From: an uncultured Anaerolineaceae bacterium
GTDB lineage: Bacteria > Chloroflexota > Anaerolineae > Anaerolineales > Anaerolineaceae
DNA: 64,000 bases
Direction: 5' to 3'
Assembly: GCA_927443345.1 (NCBI GenBank)
Contig: CAKMKJ010000039.1
Coordinates: 2,372 to 66,371, forward strand
A program made the position numbers and the translations under genes. Position 1 is the first letter of the stretch. Every line of letters begins with the position of its first letter. Under the pieces are notes generated by a model. The model made no database searches and was not told the DNA's origin. It worked only from the letters and a program-made list of their open reading frames with translations. Positions 37,925 through 45,217 of this stretch are shown here, one piece after another.

Positions 37925-38495
37925 GGTGAGTCCTTAATGATGCATTTTTGATATGACAAAAAGACCTGTTGGCAGGCGTCAATGTTTAGAACGTTTTGGC
38001 TCTAAATTGGGCTGGATTTGCGGTGCATGCCGAACAATGCAATAATACTTAGTGAAAAGGTGATCCTTCACCGTTCGTTAATAATATAATGGATTGTTTA
38101 TACCACTTTTTCAAGATGAAAATTTCGTTTTTTATGGAATTTTGATATATTGGGTAATGATTGTATGACTCATTTCTTCGGTTCGCCTTTCATCCAAAAA
38201 GCGCAATGGCTCACAAATAGCAATTTAGTTATTGGGTTGATTGTCACTCATAACAGGCATCCGGGGATATTCAAATTGACAGATGGCAGAATACTTCAAC
38301 ATCGATCAGCGTCATCAAAAGATACATCAGCCTGACTTGAAATGAAACTTTTTCAAACACTTCAATGACAAATTGAAAATTATTGGCTTTTGTACTTTTT
38401 CAGTGTGTTTCGTGTGGTAGTATGTTTGCTTCAGAGGTTATATTTCTGTTTTTTTCCAAAAGAAGATCTTCTTTGCGTCCTCGCGGACTTGGTGC

Positions 38496-38515
38496 ACCCG
38501 AGCGAAGCGAGTGGT
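38496..38515. repeat. Partial copy (module) of the interspersed repeat, copy C
   Basis: ACCCGAGCGAAGCGAGTGGT is identical to 4771-4790 in copy A, with similar flanks. The head hairpin of copies A and B is absent. Confidence 0.7.
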
Positions 38516-38640
38516 GTTGCGTCTTCCCTGGCACTTGCAGCCTCATCGTCCCGATGTCCTTCGGGAGGGCAAGTGTGCGAGAGATAAGGTTTTTCAAAAA
38601 CTTTGTGAAGACTTCGTGGTTAATGGTTTTTAATCAATAA

Positions 38641-38668
38641 AGCCCTGACGCATATCGCTATCAGGGCT
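38641..38668 (-). terminator. Stem-loop downstream of the SWIM gene
   Basis: AGCCCTGA (38641-38648) pairs with TCAGGGCT (38661-38668). On the minus strand it is followed by TTATTGATT. It starts 19 nt after the stop at 38687. Confidence 0.5.
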
Positions 38669-38686
38669 TATCCATTTCTATTGAGT

Positions 38687-38938
38687 TTAATTTGAAACTG
38701 CTACATCGATGGATTGAGTCATTCCGTTTAAAATAGATTCGAGCGACATTGTATGTACGCATCGATCATGCGTGATGAAGAATTCGCAGTCGCATTGCCA
38801 TTTTCCTTCTGTGTATGTTACTTCGTGTGAATTATTATCACCCTTCACGGTCACAGAGAACGTATGAAATTCAAAACGATCTCTTTCTTGCGCATAACGT
38901 TTTGCTTTTTCAATTTTGCCGATCATGCTGTAATCCAT
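38687..38938 (-). CDS. Small SWIM-type zinc-finger protein
   Basis: It has the CxCx9CxH signature (CDCEFFITHDRCVH). I moved the start to ATG 38938, with AAGGAG 11 nt upstream. The track start at 38989 is a GTG inside a strong hairpin. Confidence 0.55.
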   Translation of the reverse strand: MDYSMIGKIEKAKRYAQERDRFEFHTFSVTVKGDNNSHEVTYTEGKWQCDCEFFITHDRCVHTMSLESILNGMTQSIDVAVSN

Positions 38939-38975
38939 GTGATGTGGTTCTCCTTTGTTTGGTAAGGAAGATGTT

Positions 38976-39009
38976 AAAACAAAAGGCACGCGGAAATAAC
39001 GCGTGCCTT
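38976..39009 (-). terminator. Intrinsic-terminator-like hairpin in the leader of the SWIM gene
   Basis: On the minus strand, AAGGCACGCG-7 nt-CGCGTGCCTT (10-bp stem) is followed by TTTTGTTTT. It lies about 40 nt upstream of ATG 38938 and downstream of a candidate minus-strand promoter. Confidence 0.45.
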
Positions 39010-39075
39010 AATGACTACCCTCAATTATCAGTGCTTCAATTACTCGCATAATAATGCATCTCCTGTATTGGGTAT

Positions 39076-39104
39076 ATAGTATAACTTCCATGGCTATTTG
39101 TCAA
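39076..39104 (-). promoter_or_regulatory. Candidate promoter reading toward the SWIM gene
   Basis: On the minus strand: TTGACA (39104-39099), a 17-nt spacer, then TACTAT (39081-39076). Confidence 0.35.
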
Positions 39105-39123
39105 TAACAAATCCTTAACATAT

Positions 39124-39140
39124 TTAACAATTATTGTTAA
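39124..39140. promoter_or_regulatory. 17-bp palindrome in the divergent SWIM / response-regulator intergenic region (candidate operator)
   Basis: TTAACAAT-T-ATTGTTAA has perfect 8-bp arms. A second, weaker palindrome, ATTTGTCAATAACAAAT (39095-39111), overlaps the -35. A possible extended -10 for the plus-strand operon, TGCGATAAT, is at 39174-39182. Confidence 0.4.
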
Positions 39141-39220
39141 CAACTGAAAAAATCCGCAATCATCAACAAATTGTGCGATAATTAAACATTGAAACTAATC
39201 AAGAGGAGCGGCATCTTTCT

Positions 39221-39934
39221 ATGTCACCAGAAAAAATTCTCATCGTGGATATTGATTCAAAATCTATTTCGCTTTTGCGCCAGGTTTTGTCGTCAGCCGG
39301 GTTTGAAGTGATCAGCGCCAACAAACCAGACCGGGCATTGCAGTTGGTGACCGAAGAAATTCCCATCCTGGTCATCACCGAAGCCAGGCTGGATGGTACC
39401 CTGGACGGTTTTGGTCTGCTTCACGATATACGCGAAATTTCCAATATTCCTTTGATTATATTGTCTGAAAGACCCAACTCTGACGATGAACTGCGTGCGC
39501 TTGAAAACGGTGCGGATGATTACCTCCCCAAGCCCTTTGATTCGCGCATCCTCCTGGCACGCGTGAAATCCATCCTCCGCCGCAGCAAGAATACACCGGC
39601 CGCACCAGAGATCATCCAGTGCGGTTCACTCACCATCAACCAGGTTTCACGCCAGGTCAGCGTGGATGAGGTGGCTGTATACCTCACTGAAACCGAGTAC
39701 AACCTGCTGCTCGAACTTGCCAAACATCCAGATCAGGTCATGCTGCACGAACAGCTTCTGCGTGAAGTCTGGGGACCCGAATATCGTCACGAACTCGATT
39801 ATCTTCGTTCATACGTTCACATTCTGCGTAAGAAACTTGAAAAAACACCTTCTCAACCTGTCTTGATTGTCAGCCTTTCGGGCATTGGCTACAAGCTGGT
39901 TTCAAATCCTTCAACCAAAACCAAAGGCAAATAA
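39221..39934 (+). CDS. OmpR/KdpE-like response regulator lacking the phospho-acceptor Asp (Glu at that position)
   Basis: 237 aa. In the receiver domain, beta3 reads PILVITEARLDG where PDLxxLDxxLP is expected, so there is no Asp at the end of beta3. The conserved Ser (ILSER) and Lys (PKPF) are present. The winged-helix C-terminus is LRSYVHILRKKL...SGIGYKL. Confidence 0.8.
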   Translation: MSPEKILIVDIDSKSISLLRQVLSSAGFEVISANKPDRALQLVTEEIPILVITEARLDGTLDGFGLLHDIREISNIPLIILSERPNSDDELRALENGADDYLPKPFDSRILLARVKSILRRSKNTPAAPEIIQCGSLTINQVSRQVSVDEVAVYLTETEYNLLLELAKHPDQVMLHEQLLREVWGPEYRHELDYLRSYVHILRKKLEKTPSQPVLIVSLSGIGYKLVSNPSTKTKGK

Positions 39935-39937
39935 GCC

Positions 39938-41227
39938 ATGGATAGCGACGGCTCCTTTAACCTCTTTGAAATGGCACAAAAGCAGTTTGACCGTTGTGCA
40001 GACTTGCTCGATCTTGAGCATCCTGTTCGCGAGTTCCTGCGGCTGCCCATGCGCGAAACACAGTTCAGCCTGCCCATCAAACTGGATACTGGAGAGTCAA
40101 AGGTATTACGCGGTTTTCACGTGCAATTCAACGACAGCCGCGGACCGGGCAAAGGCGGTGTGCGTTTTCACCCTGCCCAAACCCTCGACACCATCCGCGC
40201 CCTGGGCATGTGGATGACCTGGGAAACCGCCATTGTCAACCTGCCCCTGGGCGGCAGCGCCAGCGGTGTGGCTTGCGACCCGCACAGCCTTAGCCCATTT
40301 GAAATGGAACGCATCTGCCGCGGATTTGTGCGTAAGGTCGCCCATCAATCCGGCCCCGATTGGGATGTACTCGGCCCTGACATAATGACCGGCCCTCAGC
40401 ACATGCTGTGGATGCTGGATGAATATGAAACCATCGTCGGCCATAAAAGCCCAGGTTTCGTCACCGGCAAGCCTCTCCATCATGCAGGGTCGCAAGGACG
40501 CAAAGAAGCCCCGGGTTACGGGGTGATGATTGCCGTGCGTGAAGCACTCAAAGACATGGGTATTGCGGTTGAAAAGACCAGCGCCAGCATTCAAGGCTTC
40601 GGCCTGGTGGGCATGCACGCAGCGCAGCTTTATCACCAGATGGGCGGCACCATTCAGTGCGTGGCCTGCTGGAACCAAACCGATCGCACGACTTACGCTT
40701 TTCGCAAAAAGGAAGGGATTGATTATGACCAGCTCGTTTCAATCACTGACCGATTCGGCGAGATTGATAAACTCAAAGCCCTGTCACTCGGCATTGAGTG
40801 CCTGCCCGGCGACGCCTGGCTTCAGCAGGACGTAGACATTCTCGTACCAGCCGCACTCGAGAACCAGATCCGCGCTGATAACGTTAACCTGATCAGCCCC
40901 AAGGTAAAGATCATTGCCGAGGCCGCCAACGGCCCCACCAACCCGGTGGTGGACCCCGAATTGACCAAACGCGGCATCCTCATCATCCCCGATATCCTCG
41001 CCAATTCTGGAGGCGTTGTTTGCAGCTACTTCGAACAGGTGCAGAGCAACATGAACTATTTTTGGAGCAAGGATGAAGTCTTAAGCAAGCTGGATTCACT
41101 GATGACCTCGGCTTACATTGACGTCTCAACCTTTGCCAAAAAGAACAACACCACTACCAGAGATGCAGTCTACATGCTCGCTGTGGATCGCGTAGCGCGC
41201 GCCTGCCTCGATCGCGGTCTGATCTAG
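39938..41227 (+). CDS. Glu/Leu/Phe/Val dehydrogenase-family paralogue lacking the catalytic lysine (probable pseudoenzyme)
   Basis: 429 aa, starting 3 nt after the regulator stop. GPGKGGVRFHP, GFGLVG and ANSGGV are conserved. WMTWETA replaces WMTWKTA, and GGSASG replaces GGxKGG. Confidence 0.8.
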   Translation: MDSDGSFNLFEMAQKQFDRCADLLDLEHPVREFLRLPMRETQFSLPIKLDTGESKVLRGFHVQFNDSRGPGKGGVRFHPAQTLDTIRALGMWMTWETAIVNLPLGGSASGVACDPHSLSPFEMERICRGFVRKVAHQSGPDWDVLGPDIMTGPQHMLWMLDEYETIVGHKSPGFVTGKPLHHAGSQGRKEAPGYGVMIAVREALKDMGIAVEKTSASIQGFGLVGMHAAQLYHQMGGTIQCVACWNQTDRTTYAFRKKEGIDYDQLVSITDRFGEIDKLKALSLGIECLPGDAWLQQDVDILVPAALENQIRADNVNLISPKVKIIAEAANGPTNPVVDPELTKRGILIIPDILANSGGVVCSYFEQVQSNMNYFWSKDEVLSKLDSLMTSAYIDVSTFAKKNNTTTRDAVYMLAVDRVARACLDRGLI

Positions 41228-41243
41228 CCGCAGTCCTCCCTCC

Positions 41244-42971
41244 ATGATAAAGATTGCCGAGCATTTTCAATTATTATCCATGCGCCGCGTCTCCGAGTTG
41301 GAACGTATGGCCGTCGGCGATGGTCGAGAAGAGCTGGGCGGTAAAGCCCAGGGCTTGCTCTCCGTACATCAAACCCTGATCGAACTCGACCAATCTTCCT
41401 TCCCTGAGATCAAACTGGATATTCCCAAACTGACTGTACTGGGCACCAGTATTTTTGAAGCCTTCTTGAAGCGCAACGCGTTGGAAGATATCGCGCACTC
41501 CGGTCTTTCTGACGCGCGTATTGCCAATGCTTTTCAACGTGCAGATATGCCCTTTGAAGTACTTGGTAAATTGCGGGCACATTCAGACGCATGGAGGACC
41601 CCCCTGGCCGTCCGTTCCTCGGGGTTGCTTGAAGATCAGACTCACCGTCCCTTTGCCGGTGTCTATCTCACCAAAATGATCCCGAACAACCAACCAGACC
41701 CTGACACACGTTTTGCTAAATTGGTCGAGGCGGTCAAGTTCGTTTGGGCTTCAACTTTCTTCAAAATTGCACGAGATTACTGCCAGGCAACCGGTCTGGA
41801 TATCTGCCAGGAAAAAATGGCCGTCATTTTACAGGAAGTCATCGGCGGCCGCCATCACGATCGCTTTTACCCTGAGCTTTCTGGTGTTGCCCGTTCTTAC
41901 AACTTTTATCCGCTCAAGCCAGCCAAACCTGAAGACGGAGTGGTTAATCTGGCGCTGGGATTGGGCAAAACCATCGTAGACGGCGGACGCTGCTGGATCT
42001 ATTCACCAGCGTACCCCGAAATGCCACCGCCTTACGACTCAACCGACGAGCTGCTCAAAGAAACCCAGACCGATTTCTGGATGATTAACATGGGAGAACC
42101 GCCCGAGTTTAACCCCATCAAAGAAACCGAGTTTTTGCAGATCGAAAACCTGATGACCGCCGACAAAGACGGCACCCTCGCCCACCTGGCATCTACATAC
42201 GATCCAAAGTCTGAAAGAATGATGATCGGCACTGGCTCGAAGGGTATTCGCGCATTGACCTTTTCGCCCCTGCTGGTGATAAAGGTTATTCCCGTTAATG
42301 CGTTGATCAAGCGAATGTTGGCAAGCTGCGAAGCCAAACTCGGCTGCCCCGTGGAAGTTGAATTTGCCATGACCTTTGATCCGCCTCGCTTCGGTTTTCT
42401 GCAAGTACGCCCCATGGTAGTGCCCGAAGGCAACCTTGAAATCTCGGATGACGAAATGCAGAACCCCAAAGCCCTGGCCTCTTCTGAAGTGGTGCTGGGC
42501 AACGGCGTGGATGACGAGATCACCGACATTGTTTATGTTATTCCGGAATTTTTTGAACTGAAGAACACCCGTCTGATGGCTGAGGAACTTGAAGCGCACA
42601 ACCGCAGGCTGCTGGATGAAAACCGCAAATACCTTTTGATTGTCTTTGGCCGCCTGGGTACAGAGGATTCCTGGTTGGGTATCCCCGTTACCTGGGGGCA
42701 GATTTGCGGCGCCAGCGTGATCATTGAAGCTACCCAACAAAACGTCAAAGTGGAATTAAGCCAGGGGTCGCATTACTTCCACAACATCATCAACCTGGGC
42801 GTCAAACACTTTTCGATGCCATTCACCAGCCCCTATCGCGTGGATTGGGATTGGCTTTTGCAGCAGCCCGTTGAAAATGCCATGCACTTCACCCGCCACA
42901 CCAGGCTGACGGAACCCCTGCACATTAAGGTTGATGGCCGCCACGGCCGCGGCACCATCCACCACTCATAG
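41244..42971 (+). CDS. PEP/pyruvate-binding (PPDK_N-type ATP-grasp) domain protein without phosphohistidine swivel domain
   Basis: 575 aa, starting 16 nt after the GDH-like stop. GGKAQGL and LAVRSSGLLEDQTHRPFAGVY match the nucleotide-binding domain of PEP synthase/PPDK. There is no GGxTSHAAI-like motif. The C-terminal ~170 aa are unassigned. Confidence 0.7.
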   Translation: MIKIAEHFQLLSMRRVSELERMAVGDGREELGGKAQGLLSVHQTLIELDQSSFPEIKLDIPKLTVLGTSIFEAFLKRNALEDIAHSGLSDARIANAFQRADMPFEVLGKLRAHSDAWRTPLAVRSSGLLEDQTHRPFAGVYLTKMIPNNQPDPDTRFAKLVEAVKFVWASTFFKIARDYCQATGLDICQEKMAVILQEVIGGRHHDRFYPELSGVARSYNFYPLKPAKPEDGVVNLALGLGKTIVDGGRCWIYSPAYPEMPPPYDSTDELLKETQTDFWMINMGEPPEFNPIKETEFLQIENLMTADKDGTLAHLASTYDPKSERMMIGTGSKGIRALTFSPLLVIKVIPVNALIKRMLASCEAKLGCPVEVEFAMTFDPPRFGFLQVRPMVVPEGNLEISDDEMQNPKALASSEVVLGNGVDDEITDIVYVIPEFFELKNTRLMAEELEAHNRRLLDENRKYLLIVFGRLGTEDSWLGIPVTWGQICGASVIIEATQQNVKVELSQGSHYFHNIINLGVKHFSMPFTSPYRVDWDWLLQQPVENAMHFTRHTRLTEPLHIKVDGRHGRGTIHHS

Positions 42972-43006
42972 AACCGTAGGGGCGGGTCCGTGACCCGCCT
43001 GGTTTC
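42971..43006. repeat. Degenerate copy 3 of the GTAGGGGCGG palindrome family
   Basis: GAACC GTAGGGGCGGGTC CGT GACCCGCC TGGTTTC. The 8-bp core stem is GGCGGGTC/GACCCGCC. It lies directly after the stop of the ATG-grasp gene (the PEP-utiliser ATP-grasp gene). Confidence 0.6.
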
Positions 43007-43134
43007 ATGACCGTAGTGTTTTACATTTTCATCCGTTTTCATTAATTCTTAATTAACTCCTCCCTTTTTTTTAGCATTTCTTGACGCCCAATATGTTATA
43101 CCTTTTTAACTTTTCATTTCTCGGGAGGAAATCT

Positions 43135-44490
43135 ATGTCACTCATTCAAGATGTCATTTCACGTGTTCATGAGAAAGAAACCGGCCAGCCAGAATTTTTG
43201 CAAGCCGTTCAAGAAGTGCTCACTTCGTTGGAACCTACTGCGATAAAACACCCCGATTTTGTGAAGGCCAAGATTTATGACCGCATCGTTATTCCAGATC
43301 GCGCCATTCTCTTTCGTGTGCCCTGGGTAGATGATAGCGGCGAAGTTCAGATCAACCGGGGATTTCGCGTCCAGTTTAATAATGCCATCGGACCTTATAA
43401 AGGCGGCTTACGCTTCCATAACTCTGTGAACCTGGGAATCATCAAATTTCTCGGCTTCGAACAGATTTTTAAGAACTCCCTTACCACGCTACCCATGGGC
43501 GGTGCCAAGGGTGGTGCAGATTTTGACCCCAAGGGTAAGACAGACAACGAAGTCATGCGCTTTTGCCAGGCTTTCATGCGCGAACTTTATCGTCACATCG
43601 GCCCCAACACAGACGTCCCCGCCGGGGATATCGGCGTAGGCGGGCGTGAAATTGGCTTTCTTTATGGCTATTACCTCAAGATCGTCAACGCCAACAATAG
43701 TGTGCTCACCGGCAAGGGTCTTGAATACGGCGGAAGTTTGATCCGCCCCGAAGCGACCGGCTACGGCGCAGTTTATTTCGCCGCGGAAATGCTAGCCACC
43801 CGCGGTCAGCAGATCGACTCAAAATCTGCTGCAGTCAGCGGTTCAGGCAATGTAGCCCAATACACGGTTGAAAAACTCAACCAACTTGGCGCTAAAACCA
43901 TCACCCTGTCAGACTCAAACGGCACGATCGTGGATGAGGCTGGTATTGATACCGATAAACTTGAGTTTGTTTTCGAACTCAAGAACCACCGCCGCGGACG
44001 CATAAGCGAATACGCCGATAAATACAAAGTGCCTTACTATGCTGATAAAACCGTATGGGAAGTGATAAAGGAACAAAACTTAAAGGTTGACCTGGCTTTC
44101 CCCTCTGCGCATGAAAACGAAATCCACAAGGCTGAAGCTGAAGCCATGGTTAAAAATGGCTGCTATTGTATCTCTGAAGGTGCCAACATGCCCTCAGATC
44201 TTGAGGCTGTGCAGGTCTTCCTCGACAATCACGTACTTTACGGACCTGGAAAAGCTGCTAATGCTGGCGGTGTGGCCGTCAGCGGACTCGAAATGTCGCA
44301 AAATGCCATGCGCATGAGCTGGTCTCGCGAAGAGGTAGACCAAAAGTTGCAAGTCATTATGAAAAATATCCACGCTTCAACTCTTGAAGCGTCTGAAGAA
44401 TACGGCTGCAAGGGCAATTACGTGGTAGGCGCGAACATAGCCGGCTTTCTCAAGGTCGCCAAATCCATGTTGGCTTATGGTATCGTATAG
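43135..44490 (+). CDS. gdhA: NADP-type glutamate dehydrogenase (E. coli GdhA-like, canonical motifs)
   Basis: The start is set at ATG 43135, with GGGAGG upstream. GPYKGGLRFH, FKNSL, GGAKGG and DVPAGDIGVGGRE are all present. Confidence 0.92.
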   Translation: MSLIQDVISRVHEKETGQPEFLQAVQEVLTSLEPTAIKHPDFVKAKIYDRIVIPDRAILFRVPWVDDSGEVQINRGFRVQFNNAIGPYKGGLRFHNSVNLGIIKFLGFEQIFKNSLTTLPMGGAKGGADFDPKGKTDNEVMRFCQAFMRELYRHIGPNTDVPAGDIGVGGREIGFLYGYYLKIVNANNSVLTGKGLEYGGSLIRPEATGYGAVYFAAEMLATRGQQIDSKSAAVSGSGNVAQYTVEKLNQLGAKTITLSDSNGTIVDEAGIDTDKLEFVFELKNHRRGRISEYADKYKVPYYADKTVWEVIKEQNLKVDLAFPSAHENEIHKAEAEAMVKNGCYCISEGANMPSDLEAVQVFLDNHVLYGPGKAANAGGVAVSGLEMSQNAMRMSWSREEVDQKLQVIMKNIHASTLEASEEYGCKGNYVVGANIAGFLKVAKSMLAYGIV

Positions 44491-44611
44491 ATTAAGAATG
44501 TTTTTGGGGCGTTGCGTGCCACGCCAATATGTTTTTTATAAGACTCCGGCAGAATTGAAGTCTGCGGGGTCAGTTCAATATAAAGAATAATGTCGTTCTC
44601 AAACGTGAGGG

Positions 44612-45202
44612 CTATGTTTTAGATTCTTTAATCTGCTCCAGCTTTAACAATATTTTATCCATTTCTTCAAAGGCCCCTGGTATCACACATCGATTTCGAA
44701 TTATTTTTCTCGGTTGGAAATCATTTTCAACAAAATCCATTGCCTGACTGCGATCTTCTTGAAAGCAGTAGACAGGGTTTATACCAAAAACCACAAGACT
44801 TCCATCACATCTTTTTTTGATTTTGTCTACATGCAACAGTCGATATTCGTAGAAATGTGTAAAACCATAATCAAACTCGTAGCCTACCCAAAGCCGCCTG
44901 AAAAAAACAACATGATCAGGTTTGATTAAAAGGTAGCTTTGCTTTAAAAGAGATCGCTGGACAAAAAAAATAATAATCGGGACTGATTTTAACAATAGAG
45001 CATTTATTAATAACATGAGCAAAAAATCCACCAGCAAGGAACCAACACTCTGACTCACTATGCGGCTATTGGCAATGATCTTTTCAAACAAGCGGAAAAG
45101 TAAAATTCCATCTAGCAAGAGAGAAGGAGATAAAGAAATCCACAACCATAAAGGGGGTTTCTTAAGAAAAGCCCGATGATCAAGTAAGAGTTTTTTTGAC
45201 AT
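44612..45202 (-). CDS. Hypothetical membrane protein
   Basis: 196 aa with two or three hydrophobic segments. GC is very low (hand-counted lines are about 32-37 %). I recognise no family. Confidence 0.4.
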   Translation of the reverse strand: MSKKLLLDHRAFLKKPPLWLWISLSPSLLLDGILLFRLFEKIIANSRIVSQSVGSLLVDFLLMLLINALLLKSVPIIIFFVQRSLLKQSYLLIKPDHVVFFRRLWVGYEFDYGFTHFYEYRLLHVDKIKKRCDGSLVVFGINPVYCFQEDRSQAMDFVENDFQPRKIIRNRCVIPGAFEEMDKILLKLEQIKESKT

Positions 45203-45217
45203 CCAATTAATTATCCA

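Noticed and set aside
37925-38150. Glutamine riboswitch, or a TnrA/GlnR or NtcA operator, upstream of gltB
   Set aside because: I scanned both strands by eye for the conserved cores (CGTTCA...GGAAGTAGG...AAGGAACGC; TGTNA-N7-TNACA; GTA-N8-TAC) and found no acceptable match. A covariance-model scan is still needed for a firm negative.
38150-38640. Short ORFs in the gltB upstream region (38150-38335, 38383-38640, 38390-38587, 38400-38597)
   Set aside because: They overlap each other in several frames. They have no SD and no motifs, and they run across a repeat fragment and a hairpin. They are more likely non-coding.
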